Positions 9,596 through 18,979 of a DNA stretch of 64,000 nt are shown piece after piece. The position numbers were made by a program, and so were the translations under genes. The notes under the pieces are model-generated. The model did not search any database. It was given only the letters and a program-made list of their open reading frames with translations, and was not told the DNA's origin. The stretch is taken from assembly GCA_041639215.1 (NCBI GenBank), contig JBEQCP010000002.1, positions 118,844 to 182,843 on the forward strand. Reading direction: 5' to 3'. Each line of letters opens with the position of its first letter. The first letter of the stretch is position 1. Source of the stretch: Pseudomonadota bacterium (GTDB lineage Bacteria; Pseudomonadota; Gammaproteobacteria; Burkholderiales; Thiobacillaceae).

Positions 9596-10534
9596 ATGCA
9601 TCCCGCATTCTCAGTCATCTTCTTCACTGTCGCGTCGGGCGCCGGATTCGGCCTGATTTCGCTGCTGTTCATCGCCGACTTCTTCAAGCTCGGCGGTGGC
9701 TTCAATAACGACCAGCTCGTCGCCGGCGGCCTGATCGCGCTGGCCCTGATCGTGTTCGGCCTGCTGTCGTCGACTTTTCACCTCGCCAACCCGAAGAACG
9801 CCTGGCGTGCGGTTTCCCGTTTCCGCACCTCGTGGCTGTCGCGCGAAGGCGTGTTCGCCATCGCCTTCATGCCGCTGGCGCTGATCTACCTCGGTAGCAT
9901 CATGTTCGATGCGCCGCTGTGGCTGCGTACCGGCTTCGGCCTGCTGACCGCCGTGCTGGCCTGGATCACGGTGTTTTCCACCGGCATGATCTACGCCTGC
10001 CTGAAGACCATCCGCCAGTGGAATACCCCGCTGGTGCCGGCCAACTACCTCGCGCTCGGCTATGCCAGCGGCAGTCTGCTGCTGCTGCTGGGCGCGGTGA
10101 TGGCGGGCCTCGACACCACGCCGTTCATCGCGATGTCGGCGCTGATCGTGTCGATCGCCGCGGTGCTGAAGGCGATCTACTACTTCTGGATTCGCAGCCC
10201 CGGCCTCACCCCGACCATCAACACCGCGACCGGCCTCACCCGCGCCAAGATCAAGCTGCTCGACACGGGCCATACCCACGGCACCTTCCTGACCCAGGAA
10301 TTCGGCTTCCAGCTTGCGCGTCAGAAAGCCGGCGTGCTCAAGGTCGTCGTCTTCGTCGTCGGCTTCGCGCTGCCCGGTCTGATGCTGGTGTGGGTATTCA
10401 ACCAGCAGGGCGGCCAGGCCGCGGCCGTGGTCGCCGCGTTTGCCGGCATCCTGGGTGCCGCGGTCGAACGCTGGCTGTTCTTCGCAGAAGCGCGCCACGT
10501 AGTGAACCTGTATCACGGCGCCCAGCGCTGCTGA
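9596..10534 (+). CDS. soeC: Integral membrane quinone-interacting anchor, DmsC/NrfD-like (SoeC-like)
   Basis: 312 aa, highly hydrophobic with about 8 predicted helices. Third gene of the Mo-enzyme operon. Confidence 0.75.
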   Translation: MHPAFSVIFFTVASGAGFGLISLLFIADFFKLGGGFNNDQLVAGGLIALALIVFGLLSSTFHLANPKNAWRAVSRFRTSWLSREGVFAIAFMPLALIYLGSIMFDAPLWLRTGFGLLTAVLAWITVFSTGMIYACLKTIRQWNTPLVPANYLALGYASGSLLLLLGAVMAGLDTTPFIAMSALIVSIAAVLKAIYYFWIRSPGLTPTINTATGLTRAKIKLLDTGHTHGTFLTQEFGFQLARQKAGVLKVVVFVVGFALPGLMLVWVFNQQGGQAAAVVAAFAGILGAAVERWLFFAEARHVVNLYHGAQRC

Positions 10535-10565
10535 TCCAGAGTCCTGATCGCCATAGGGTTTTGGC

Positions 10566-10594
10566 TTGGCGACTTCCCTGCTTTGGGGTATATT
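10566..10594 (+). promoter_or_regulatory. Candidate sigma70 promoter for the rhodanese gene
   Basis: TTGGCG-N17-TATATT, followed by the inverted repeat AGAAA-N7-TTTCT at the expected transcription start. Confidence 0.3.
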
Positions 10595-10633
10595 AGAAAG
10601 TTCTAATTTCTCCATTGCAGGAGTGTGACACCC

Positions 10634-10963
10634 ATGTTCGGATTGTCAGGTTTCAAGGAAGTCGACCCCGGCTACGTCGCTGAACTCGCCGCCAAGGGCG
10701 CACATCTGATCGACGTGCGCACCGAGGCCGAGGTGGCCCAGGGCGTGATCGACGGCGCCATCCACATCCCGCTGCACCTGCTGCCGCTGCGTGCGGCGGA
10801 CATCCCCCAGGACAAGCCCGTGGTGATCTACTGCCGCTCGGGTGCCCGCTCGGCCCAGGCCTGCGCCTTCATGGCGTCGAAGGGCTACGGCAACATGCAC
10901 AATCTTTCCGGCGGCATCATGGCGTGGGCCCGTTTGGGCAATGCGCTCAGCCAGCCGCGTTGA
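10634..10963 (+). CDS. Single-domain rhodanese sulfurtransferase
   Basis: About 109 aa with the active-site loop CRSGARS. AGGAG lies 10 nt upstream of the ATG at 10634 (ORF track GTG at 10625). Confidence 0.85.
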   Translation: MFGLSGFKEVDPGYVAELAAKGAHLIDVRTEAEVAQGVIDGAIHIPLHLLPLRAADIPQDKPVVIYCRSGARSAQACAFMASKGYGNMHNLSGGIMAWARLGNALSQPR

Positions 10964-11093
10964 GACATATCAATAACAAGGAATGGCCGGATTTTCCTAT
11001 TGCGCTGCGATTTCGGTTGCAATAGGGGAGTATCTGGTTTAAGGTACCGCAGCATTTTTTTAGTACATGCCGATTTAATGTAAGGAGAACAAC

Positions 11094-11321
11094 ATGAACT
11101 TCGATAAAGAACTCGACGCACGTGGCCTGAACTGCCCGCTGCCCATCCTGCGTGCCAAAAAAGCCCTGGCTGAAGTCGCCAGCGGCCAGGTGCTGAAGAT
11201 CCTCTCGACCGACCCGGGTTCGGTCAAGGACTTCGCCGCCTTCGCCAAGCAGACCGGCAACGAGCTGCTGTCCACTGCCGAAGCAGGTGGCGAGTTCACC
11301 TTCTTCATGAAGAAAAAATAA
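11094..11321 (+). CDS. tusA: TusA-family sulfur carrier protein
   Basis: 75 aa with the diagnostic GLNCPLPIL (CPxP) motif near the N-terminus and a strong AAGGAG RBS. Confidence 0.88.
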   Translation: MNFDKELDARGLNCPLPILRAKKALAEVASGQVLKILSTDPGSVKDFAAFAKQTGNELLSTAEAGGEFTFFMKKK

Positions 11322-11340
11322 GCAGTCACGAAATCAAAAC

Positions 11341-11395
11341 CAGCGCCGTTCGTTCCTGGAGCATTCAGCCAAGAACCCGCGGCGCTGTTTTTTTA
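11341..11395 (+). terminator. Long hairpin plus T-run after tusA
   Basis: CAGCGCCG...CGGCGCTG outer stem with inner GTTCCTGG/CCAAGAAC pairing, followed by TTTTTTT. Confidence 0.45.
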
Positions 11396-11419
11396 TAACC
11401 GGTACAGGAGAGACAGAGC

Positions 11420-11929
11420 ATGGATACCAAAAAAATGGCCATCATCGCCACCAAGGGCACGCTGGACTGGGCTTACCCCCCGTTCATCCTCGCTTCGACG
11501 GCGGCTGCGCTGGGCTATGAAACCCAGATTTTCTTCACCTTCTATGGCCTCCAGCTCGTCCGCAAAGACCTGTCCGGCCTGAAAGTCAGCCCGCTGGGCA
11601 ACCCCGGCATGCCGATGAAGATGCCGTTCGGCCCCAAGTGGTTCAAGAGCATCAACTGGAACATGCCCAACGCCATCCAGTCGCTGGTGCCCGGTTATGA
11701 AAGCGTCGCGACCGCGCTGATGAAGCAGACCATCGCCAACAACGGCGTGGCCACCATCCCCGACCTGCGCAGCCTGTGCCAGGAAGCCGAGGTGAAATTC
11801 ATCGCCTGCCAGATGACTGTCGAGTTGTTCGGCTTCGACCACTCCGACTTCATCGACGGCCTCGAGTACGGCGGCGCCGCCACCTTCTTCGAGTTCGCGG
11901 GCGAGACCGACATCTGCCTCTTCATCTGA
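11420..11929 (+). CDS. DsrE/DsrF-like sulfur-relay protein (DsrE2-type, COG2210-like)
   Basis: 169 aa. The N-terminal IIATKGTLDWAYPPFILA and FIACQMT cysteine region resemble DsrE-family proteins. Context is rhd-tusA. Confidence 0.7.
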   Translation: MDTKKMAIIATKGTLDWAYPPFILASTAAALGYETQIFFTFYGLQLVRKDLSGLKVSPLGNPGMPMKMPFGPKWFKSINWNMPNAIQSLVPGYESVATALMKQTIANNGVATIPDLRSLCQEAEVKFIACQMTVELFGFDHSDFIDGLEYGGAATFFEFAGETDICLFI

Positions 11930-11947
11930 AGACAGGTCGCCGGAATG

Positions 11948-11978
11948 AAAAAGAGCCGATTCGTTCGGCTCTTTTTTT
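11948..11978 (+). terminator. Rho-independent terminator after the DsrE-like gene
   Basis: AAGAGCCGA-loop-TCGGCTCTT hairpin followed by a run of T. Confidence 0.65.
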
Positions 11979-12119
11979 GTGTCTTTTTCGCTACACACGC
12001 AACAGGAAAGTGGTCTGGATGAACTAGTTGGCTTGTCCGATTACCAGTCGGGGCGTAGCCTTCGGCTCAGGCCATTCAATAAATTGATCTGTGGCTATTT
12101 TGCTTCCAGGAGGATATCA

Positions 12120-13385
12120 ATGAAATTCACGCGCGTATTCGCATTCATGGCGCTGGCTGGCATGGCCGGCAGCGCCTTCGCTACCAATGGTTATTTCTCG
12201 CACGGCTACGGCATGAAGGCCAAGGGCATGGGCGGGGCTGCCACTGCCTCCCATGACGACGCTTTCTTCGGCGCTAACAACCCTGCCGCTGCTGCTTTTG
12301 CTGGTAATCGTATTGATCTGGGTGCGGATCTGTTCAGCCCAATCCGCGAAATGAGCCGTGCGGGCGGAGCTGTAACCGGCACTCAAGACAGTGATTCGGA
12401 TTATTTCCTTGTCCCAGAGTTCGGCTACAACCGTGTGGTCAACAACAACTTGGCGCTTGGCGTGACCGTGTATGGCAATGGCGGTATGAATTCGGATTAC
12501 CCGACAGGGCAGTTCGATTGCACGCCTTTTGGTGGCGGCCCGGGCCAAAACCCGCTTTGTGGAATGGGTAGCTTGGGTGTTGACCTGATGCAACTGATTA
12601 TCGCTCCCACCGCAGCGTATAAAGTTGCACCCAGCCATTCTATTGGTATTTCGCCGCTGATCGGCTACCAGCGTTTCAAGGCTGAGGGGTTGCATGCATT
12701 CAATGCCATTTCTTCGGATGGTGCTAGCCTGACGAACAATGGCTATGACGATAGCTTTGGCTACGGTGTTCGTATCGGTTACATGGGCAAAATTACGCCG
12801 ACCGTGACCATCGGTGCGGCCTATGCCAGCAAGATGAATTTCGATGAATTCGACAAGTACAAGGGCCTGTTCGCAGAACAGGGCGATTTCGATATTCCGG
12901 AAAACTACAACATCGGTGTGGCTTGGCAGGCTACCCCGGTTCTTAAAGTCGCACTGGACTATCAGCGTATCAATTATTCCGGCGTGAACTCTATCAACAA
13001 CCCGAGCACTAGTACTGCCGGCCAGCTTGGTGATAATGGTGGCCCTGGATTTGGCTGGCAGGATATCGACGTGTGGAAATTGGGCGTCGAATATAAATAC
13101 AACCAAAAGATGACCCTGCGTGCAGGTTACAACCATGGCGACAACCCCATTGAAGCTAGTGATGTGACCTTTAACATTCTGGCTCCTGGTGTCATTGAAG
13201 ACCACGTTACGCTCGGTTTCACTTATACCTTGGCATCGGGTAATGAGCTGACTATGAGCTATATGCATGCCTTCAAAAATGATGTCACGGGTACGCCGAA
13301 CTCGGTTTATTTCCCCGCAGGCGGCACTGAAAAAATTGAGATGTATCAGAATGCAGTCGGTATCCAGTACAGCTGGAAAATGTAA
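12120..13385 (+). CDS. Outer-membrane transport protein, FadL/TodX (OMPP1) family
   Basis: 421 aa from the ATG after the AGGAGGA RBS, with signal peptide ...AGSAFA|TNGYF. Glycine/aromatic-rich beta-barrel composition. GC is clearly lower than its neighbours. Confidence 0.8.
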   Translation: MKFTRVFAFMALAGMAGSAFATNGYFSHGYGMKAKGMGGAATASHDDAFFGANNPAAAAFAGNRIDLGADLFSPIREMSRAGGAVTGTQDSDSDYFLVPEFGYNRVVNNNLALGVTVYGNGGMNSDYPTGQFDCTPFGGGPGQNPLCGMGSLGVDLMQLIIAPTAAYKVAPSHSIGISPLIGYQRFKAEGLHAFNAISSDGASLTNNGYDDSFGYGVRIGYMGKITPTVTIGAAYASKMNFDEFDKYKGLFAEQGDFDIPENYNIGVAWQATPVLKVALDYQRINYSGVNSINNPSTSTAGQLGDNGGPGFGWQDIDVWKLGVEYKYNQKMTLRAGYNHGDNPIEASDVTFNILAPGVIEDHVTLGFTYTLASGNELTMSYMHAFKNDVTGTPNSVYFPAGGTEKIEMYQNAVGIQYSWKM

Positions 13386-13411
13386 TTCCCTGCAGTCCTG
13401 TCAGGCTGCTT

Positions 13412-13440
13412 AAAACCGGGGGCATGCCCCCGGTTTTTTT
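13412..13440 (+). terminator. Rho-independent terminator after the FadL-like gene
   Basis: CCGGGGG-CATG-CCCCCGG hairpin followed by seven T. Confidence 0.75.
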
Positions 13441-13475
13441 ATGCAAGTTTGTTGTCGGAAAGAAAGATGCCGGCA

Positions 13476-13508
13476 ACAAAAAAGCGCGGAAGGACCGCGC
13501 TTTTTTGT
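13476..13508 (-). terminator. Terminator downstream of valS (bidirectional shape)
   Basis: AGCGCGG-AAGGA-CCGCGCT hairpin flanked by an A-run and a T-run, 14 nt beyond the valS stop. Confidence 0.6.
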
Positions 13509-13521
13509 TGGGGGCAATCGG

Positions 13522-16287
13522 TCAGCCGAGTCGCGCGTGCTGGGCTTCCAGCTTGATCAGCATGCTGCCGAAATCGGCCAGGCGGGCCTTCTCCTGCTCG
13601 ACCACCGCCGCAGGCGCGCGGTCGACGAAGCTGGGGTTGGCGAGCTTGCCTTCGGCTTTCCTGATCTCGCCCTGGATACGGGCGATTTCCTTGGCCAGGC
13701 GGGCACGCTCGGCGTCCTTGTCGATCTCGACCACCAGCATCAGCCGCATCTCGCCGACCAGCGCGACCGGGGCGTCGGCGTCGGTAAGCGTGGCGACGGC
13801 GCTGACGCCGGAGAGCTTGGCGAGTGCGCTGATGTAGGGCGCGAGTGCGTTGATCGCGACCGTGTCACCCTCGATCACGAGCGGCACGCGCTGCGCGGGG
13901 GAGAGGCTCATCTCACCGCGCAGGGTACGGCAGGCGTTGACCAGTTCCTTCAGCAGCTGGATGCGTGCGACGCTGTCGGGATGGCGCTGTGCGTCGTCCG
14001 CCTGCGGGTAGGCGGCAAGCATGATGCTGTCGCCGCCATCGCCGGAGGGCGATGCCATAGAAGCAGCGCCGGCGAGCGGCGCCACCTTCTGCCACAGTTC
14101 CTCGGTGATGAAGGGGATGACGGGATGGGCGAGCCGCAGCGTGGTTTCAAGCACGGTGGCAAGCGTCCTGCGGGTGGCGCGTTGCTGTTCGGGGGTGCCG
14201 CTGTTCAGTTGAACCTTGGCGAGTTCCAGGTACCAGTCGCAGTATTCGTCCCAGACAAACTCATAGACCGCACGTGCGGCCTGGTCGAAGCGGTAGGCGG
14301 CGAAGGCGTCGCGTACTTCGGCGATGGCCTGCTGCAGGCGCGACGCAATCCACTTGTCAGCATCGGAATAATCGAACGCGGCGCCGGCGTCGAGGCCGCA
14401 GTCGTGGCCTTCGAGGTTCATCAGCGCGAAACGGGTCGCGTTCCACAGCTTGTTGCAGAAGTTGCGGTAGCCCTCGGCGCGCTGCAGGTCGAACTTGATG
14501 TCGCGGCCGTGGGTGGCGAGGCTGGCGAAGGTGAACCTTAAAGCATCCGTCCCGTAGGCGGCGATGCCCTCGGGGAATTCGCGGCGGGTGCGTTTCTCGA
14601 TGCTGGCGGCCTGCTTGGGGTTCATCAGGCCCTGGGTGCGCTTGGCGACCAGGTCGTCGACCACGATGCCGTCAATCAGATCAATAGGGTCGAGTACGTT
14701 GCCTTTCGACTTGCTCATCTTCTGGCCTTCGGAGTCGCGCACCAGACCGGTGACGTAGACCTCGCGGAACGGCACCTTGCCGGTGAAGTGCAGCGACATC
14801 ATCACCATGCGGGCAACCCAGAAGAAGATGATGTCGAAGCCGGTGACCAGCACCGAGGTCGGCAGATAGCGCTCGAGTTCGGGCGTCTGCTCGGGCCAGC
14901 CAAGCGTCGAGAAGGGCCACAGCGCGGAGGAGAACCAGGTATCGAGGACGTCGTTGTCCTGCGTGAGCTCACGGCCGCCGGCCTGCTTCCTTGCCTCTTC
15001 CTCGCTGTGCGCGACGTAGAAATTGCCGTCGGCGTCGTACCACGCGGGGATGCGGTGCCCCCACCACAGCTGGCGCGACACGCACCAGTCCTGGATGTTT
15101 TCGAGCCACTGGCGATAGGTTGTCGTCCAGTTTTCCGGCACGAACTTGAGCTCGCCCGAATCGACCGCGGCGAGGCCCTGCCTGGCCAGGCCTTCCATGC
15201 TCATGAACCACTGGTCGGTGAGCATCGGCTCGATCACCGCGTGGGTGCGGTCACCGCGCGGGATCATCAGCTTGTGCGGCTTGGCCGAAACCAGCAGGCC
15301 CTTGGCCTGCAATTCGTCGAGCAGTTTCTGGCGTGCGTCGTAGCGGTCGAGGCCCTGGTATTCGGTGGGGCAGAGGTCGTTCATTTTCGCGTCGAGCGTG
15401 AGCACGCAGATCGCCACCAGCTTGTGGCGCTGACCGACCTGCCAGTCGTTGAAGTCGTGCGCGGGGGTGATCTTGACGACGCCGGTGCCGAATTCGCGGT
15501 CGACGTAGTCGTCGGCGATGACGGGAATGCTGCGCTCGGCGATCGGCAGGCGCACGTGTTTGCCGATGAGATGCGCGTAACGTTCGTCTTTCGGGTTGAC
15601 CGCCACGGCGGTGTCGCCGAGCAGCGTTTCGGGGCGGGTGGTGGCGACAGTCAGATGGCCGCTGCCGTCCTCCAGCGGATAGTTGATTTCCCAGATGAAG
15701 CCGTCTTCCTCGGTGCTCACCACTTCGAGGTCGGACACCGCCGTGCCGAGCACCGGGTCCCAGTTCACCAGGCGCTTGCCGCGATAGATCAGGCCCTCTC
15801 GGTAGAGCCGCACGAAGACCTCGGTGACGGCCTTAGACAGGCCGGCGTCCATGGTGAAGCGCTCGCGGCTCCAGTCGGGGCTGGTGCCGAGCCGGCGCAT
15901 CTGGCGGGTGATGGTGGAGCCGGAGTGTTCCTTCCACTCCCAGACTTTTTCCAGGAATTTGTCGCGGCCGAGATCGTGGCGCGAGACGCCCTGCGCGTCG
16001 AGCTGGCGTTCCACAACGATTTGCGTGGCGATGCCGGCGTGGTCGGTGCCGGGCTGCCACAGCGTGTTGTCTCCCGCCATGCGGTGATAGCGCGTGAGCG
16101 CGTCCATCAGCGTGTGCTGGAAGGCGTGCCCCATGTGCAGCGTGCCGGTGACGTTGGGCGGCGGCAGCATGATGCAGTAGGCGGGGGCGTCGGGCGTGTC
16201 TCCCGCCTTGAAATAGCCGGCGCTTTCCCACTGGGCGTACCAGCGTTTCTCGATGTCAGCCGGTTCGAAGGATTTGGCGAGTTCCAT
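13522..16287 (-). CDS. valS: Valine--tRNA ligase
   Basis: Class I motifs HMGH ([10 protein letters not shown]) and KMSKS, with a C-terminal coiled coil. The start was taken at MELAKSFEP (ORF track 16308). Confidence 0.95.
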   Translation of the reverse strand: MELAKSFEPADIEKRWYAQWESAGYFKAGDTPDAPAYCIMLPPPNVTGTLHMGHAFQHTLMDALTRYHRMAGDNTLWQPGTDHAGIATQIVVERQLDAQGVSRHDLGRDKFLEKVWEWKEHSGSTITRQMRRLGTSPDWSRERFTMDAGLSKAVTEVFVRLYREGLIYRGKRLVNWDPVLGTAVSDLEVVSTEEDGFIWEINYPLEDGSGHLTVATTRPETLLGDTAVAVNPKDERYAHLIGKHVRLPIAERSIPVIADDYVDREFGTGVVKITPAHDFNDWQVGQRHKLVAICVLTLDAKMNDLCPTEYQGLDRYDARQKLLDELQAKGLLVSAKPHKLMIPRGDRTHAVIEPMLTDQWFMSMEGLARQGLAAVDSGELKFVPENWTTTYRQWLENIQDWCVSRQLWWGHRIPAWYDADGNFYVAHSEEEARKQAGGRELTQDNDVLDTWFSSALWPFSTLGWPEQTPELERYLPTSVLVTGFDIIFFWVARMVMMSLHFTGKVPFREVYVTGLVRDSEGQKMSKSKGNVLDPIDLIDGIVVDDLVAKRTQGLMNPKQAASIEKRTRREFPEGIAAYGTDALRFTFASLATHGRDIKFDLQRAEGYRNFCNKLWNATRFALMNLEGHDCGLDAGAAFDYSDADKWIASRLQQAIAEVRDAFAAYRFDQAARAVYEFVWDEYCDWYLELAKVQLNSGTPEQQRATRRTLATVLETTLRLAHPVIPFITEELWQKVAPLAGAASMASPSGDGGDSIMLAAYPQADDAQRHPDSVARIQLLKELVNACRTLRGEMSLSPAQRVPLVIEGDTVAINALAPYISALAKLSGVSAVATLTDADAPVALVGEMRLMLVVEIDKDAERARLAKEIARIQGEIRKAEGKLANPSFVDRAPAAVVEQEKARLADFGSMLIKLEAQHARLG

Positions 16288-16401
16288 GACGTGCGGGCAA
16301 AGGCGCAATTATCCCAAAAAAGCCCGGGACACGTCCCAAAAATCCTGGGACGCGGATCCAAAAGTTCGGGGCCGGTTCGACACAATGCAATGTCAGGCGA
16401 A

Positions 16402-16890
16402 TCAGGCCGACGGATCGCGTGGGTGCCTGAGTTTTTCGGCCACGGCGTCGCGCACGATTTCGCGCACGTTGACGTCGAGCTGGGAAAGCAGGCTGGCCAC
16501 GGTCTGGTCGATGTTCTTGCGCAATTCGGCGGCGACCTGCTTTTCCATCACCTCGGACAGGCGCGGGGCGAGTTCGCTCATCAGTTGTTCGGCCAGCGTA
16601 TCGGTGACGATCGCCGGCGCCGGCTCGTCAGCCGGCTGGGCTTGAACGGGTGCCTCGGCGGAGGCGGGTCGGGCGGCGGGTTCCGTCAACGCGGTTGACG
16701 CGGCAGCCGCGGGTGGAGCCGGCGGCGTGCCGCGCGCGATCACCTGAGTCAGCACCGGCAGCCAGGCATCGGGCGGCGCGGCCTGTTCCGGCACGGGGGC
16801 GGACTGTGCGTCGCTGTGTGCAGCGTCGTCGCCCCCGCCGCGATGCTTTTTCAGCAGCGCATCCATCTTGCTCAACAGCGGTTCGCTCAT
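16402..16890 (-). CDS. Hypothetical protein with Pro/Ala-rich central region
   Basis: 162 aa in a high GC3 frame, lying between holC and valS on the same strand. No family recognised. Confidence 0.55.
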   Translation of the reverse strand: MSEPLLSKMDALLKKHRGGGDDAAHSDAQSAPVPEQAAPPDAWLPVLTQVIARGTPPAPPAAAASTALTEPAARPASAEAPVQAQPADEPAPAIVTDTLAEQLMSELAPRLSEVMEKQVAAELRKNIDQTVASLLSQLDVNVREIVRDAVAEKLRHPRDPSA

Positions 16891-16899
16891 GGAGGCCTC

Positions 16900-17328
16900 C
16901 TATCCGGCCTGCTGGCGCAGGTCGTGCGTCTTCAGCGCGTAGCCGCGCGTCTGGTAGAAGCGGTAGCGCTCGCGGCCGCGCTCGCGGCCGGCATCGTCCT
17001 GGCCGACGATCTCGACCAGGCGCTCGAAGCGGGCAAACGCCTCGGGCTGCTCGTGGTGCAGGTTGATCATGACGTCGGCCGAGCGCAGCGCAGCGGCATT
17101 CGTCCCGATCAGCACGGGCGTCTCGCCTGCCAGGGCGTCGGTGTCGCGGCAGTGCGGCACGAAGCCGAGTGCCGGCGCCGTCCACAGCAGGCGGTCGATG
17201 CTGGCCGCAACGGTCGCGTCTGGCGCGTAGATCATCACCTGCCTGCCCTGGCCGTACGCCTTGGCGGCGACACGGCGGGCGACGTCGAGCGGGTCGTCGG
17301 CGAAGGTGTAGAAGGTGATCTCGGTCAC
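16900..17328 (-). CDS. holC: DNA polymerase III chi subunit
   Basis: 142 aa. N-terminus MTEITFYTF...; classical pepA-holC-valS neighbourhood. Confidence 0.85.
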   Translation of the reverse strand: MTEITFYTFADDPLDVARRVAAKAYGQGRQVMIYAPDATVAASIDRLLWTAPALGFVPHCRDTDALAGETPVLIGTNAAALRSADVMINLHHEQPEAFARFERLVEIVGQDDAGRERGRERYRFYQTRGYALKTHDLRQQAG

Positions 17329-17338
17329 GTCGGCCGGC

Positions 17339-18862
17339 TTACTTCTGGGTGCGATTCAGCAGGAAATGCACCAGCAGCGACACCGGGCGACCGGTCGAGG
17401 TCTTGTCGCGACCGCCCTTGTAAGCAGTGCCGGCGATGTCGAGGTGCGCCCAGTGATACTTCTTCGCGAAGCGCGACAGGAAGCAGGCCGCGGTGATCGA
17501 GCCGGCCGGGCGGCCGCCGATGTTGGCCATGTCGGCGAGGCTGCTCTTCAGCTGATCCTGGTAATCGTCCCACAGCGGCATGCGCCACACACGGTCCCAG
17601 GCGTGGTCGCCGGCATGTTCGATCTCGCGCGCGAGCGGGTCGTGGTTGCTGAAGAGCGCGCTGGGGTGTGCGCCGAGTGCGATCACGCAGGCGCCGGTCA
17701 GCGTCGCCAGGTCGACCACCGCGTCGGGCTCGAAGCGCTCGGCATAGGTCAGCGCGTCGCACAGGATCAGGCGGCCTTCGGCGTCGGTGTTGAGGATTTC
17801 GATGGTCTGGCCGGACATCGATTTGACGATGTCACCCGGTTTGTTGGCATTCGCATCCGGCATGTTTTCGCACGAGGGCACCAGGCCGATCACGTTCAGC
17901 GGTAGCCCCAGTTCGCCGATCGCACGGAACGCACCGAGCACCGCGCCGCCGCCGCTCATGTCGTAGTTCATCTCGTCCATTTCGGCGGGCGGCTTGAGCG
18001 AAATGCCGCCGGCGTCGAAAGTGATCGCCTTGCCGACCAGCACCACCGGCTTGTCGCCCTTCTTGCCGCCGTCGTGCTTCAGCACGATGAAGCGCGGCGG
18101 CTTGTCGCTGCCCTTGCCGACCGACAGGAAGGAACCCATGCCGAGCTTTTCGCAGGCTGCCTGGTCGAGGATCTCGCAGCCGAAGCCGTGGGCCTTGGCG
18201 AGTTTCTTCGCCTCACCCGCCAGGTAGTCCGGGGTGCAGACGTTGGACGGCGTGTTGCCAAGGTCCTTGGCGAGCTTGATGCCGTGTGCGATGGCCAGAC
18301 CGTTGGCGAGGCCGGTTTCGCCGTACTTCAGCTCGCCGCGCCGCGACACCGCGAACACCACGCGCTTCAGCGGGCGTCGCGCCTCGCTCGGCTTGCTTTT
18401 CATGTGATCGAAACGGTACAGCGCATCGTGCGCGGCGATCACGGCCTGCTCGATGTTCCAGGTGATGTCGCGCTTCCTGACCGGAATCTCGGACAGGGTG
18501 ATGGTGGCTTCCATCGAGCCGGTGTCGCGCAGCGTTTTCACGGCGGCGGCGATGGCGTCGCGGTAGGCCTTTTCGTGGAAATCACGTTCCTTGCCGAGCC
18601 CCACGAGCAGCACGCGGTCGGCGAGGATGTTGGGGACCCTATGCAGCAGCAGGGTGCTGCCTGCCTTGCCTTCCATGTCGCCGCCGCGCAGGATGTCGGA
18701 CAGATAGCCGTCGCTGGCGCGGTCGATGTCGACCGCCGGGCCGGAAAGCTTGCGGCTCTCGAACACGCCGACGACCACGCAGGCGGTGCGCTGCTTTTCG
18801 GGGGCGCCGCTTTTTATGCTAAATTCGAGTTCGATTTCCTTGTTTTCCATGTCTGTGCTCAA
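17339..18862 (-). CDS. pepA: Leucyl aminopeptidase (M17)
   Basis: 507 aa with the NTDAEGRL active-site signature. Confidence 0.95.
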   Translation of the reverse strand: MSTDMENKEIELEFSIKSGAPEKQRTACVVVGVFESRKLSGPAVDIDRASDGYLSDILRGGDMEGKAGSTLLLHRVPNILADRVLLVGLGKERDFHEKAYRDAIAAAVKTLRDTGSMEATITLSEIPVRKRDITWNIEQAVIAAHDALYRFDHMKSKPSEARRPLKRVVFAVSRRGELKYGETGLANGLAIAHGIKLAKDLGNTPSNVCTPDYLAGEAKKLAKAHGFGCEILDQAACEKLGMGSFLSVGKGSDKPPRFIVLKHDGGKKGDKPVVLVGKAITFDAGGISLKPPAEMDEMNYDMSGGGAVLGAFRAIGELGLPLNVIGLVPSCENMPDANANKPGDIVKSMSGQTIEILNTDAEGRLILCDALTYAERFEPDAVVDLATLTGACVIALGAHPSALFSNHDPLAREIEHAGDHAWDRVWRMPLWDDYQDQLKSSLADMANIGGRPAGSITAACFLSRFAKKYHWAHLDIAGTAYKGGRDKTSTGRPVSLLVHFLLNRTQK

Positions 18863-18979
18863 AAAAATACAATTTGCCGATGCGCCGGGGGCTGGCGTAG
18901 CCGATGGGGCGATTATTGGCGCGGGCGTGGTGGAATGTCAAAAGCCCGTTCGTATCACGGGCGCAATCCGGTTTTTTCC

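Noticed and set aside
10996-11026. Hairpin CCTATTGC-N15-GCAATAGG after the rhodanese gene as a terminator.
   Set aside because: No U-run follows it and the loop is large. It is retained only as a possible regulatory or processing structure, mentioned under the sulfur-relay finding.
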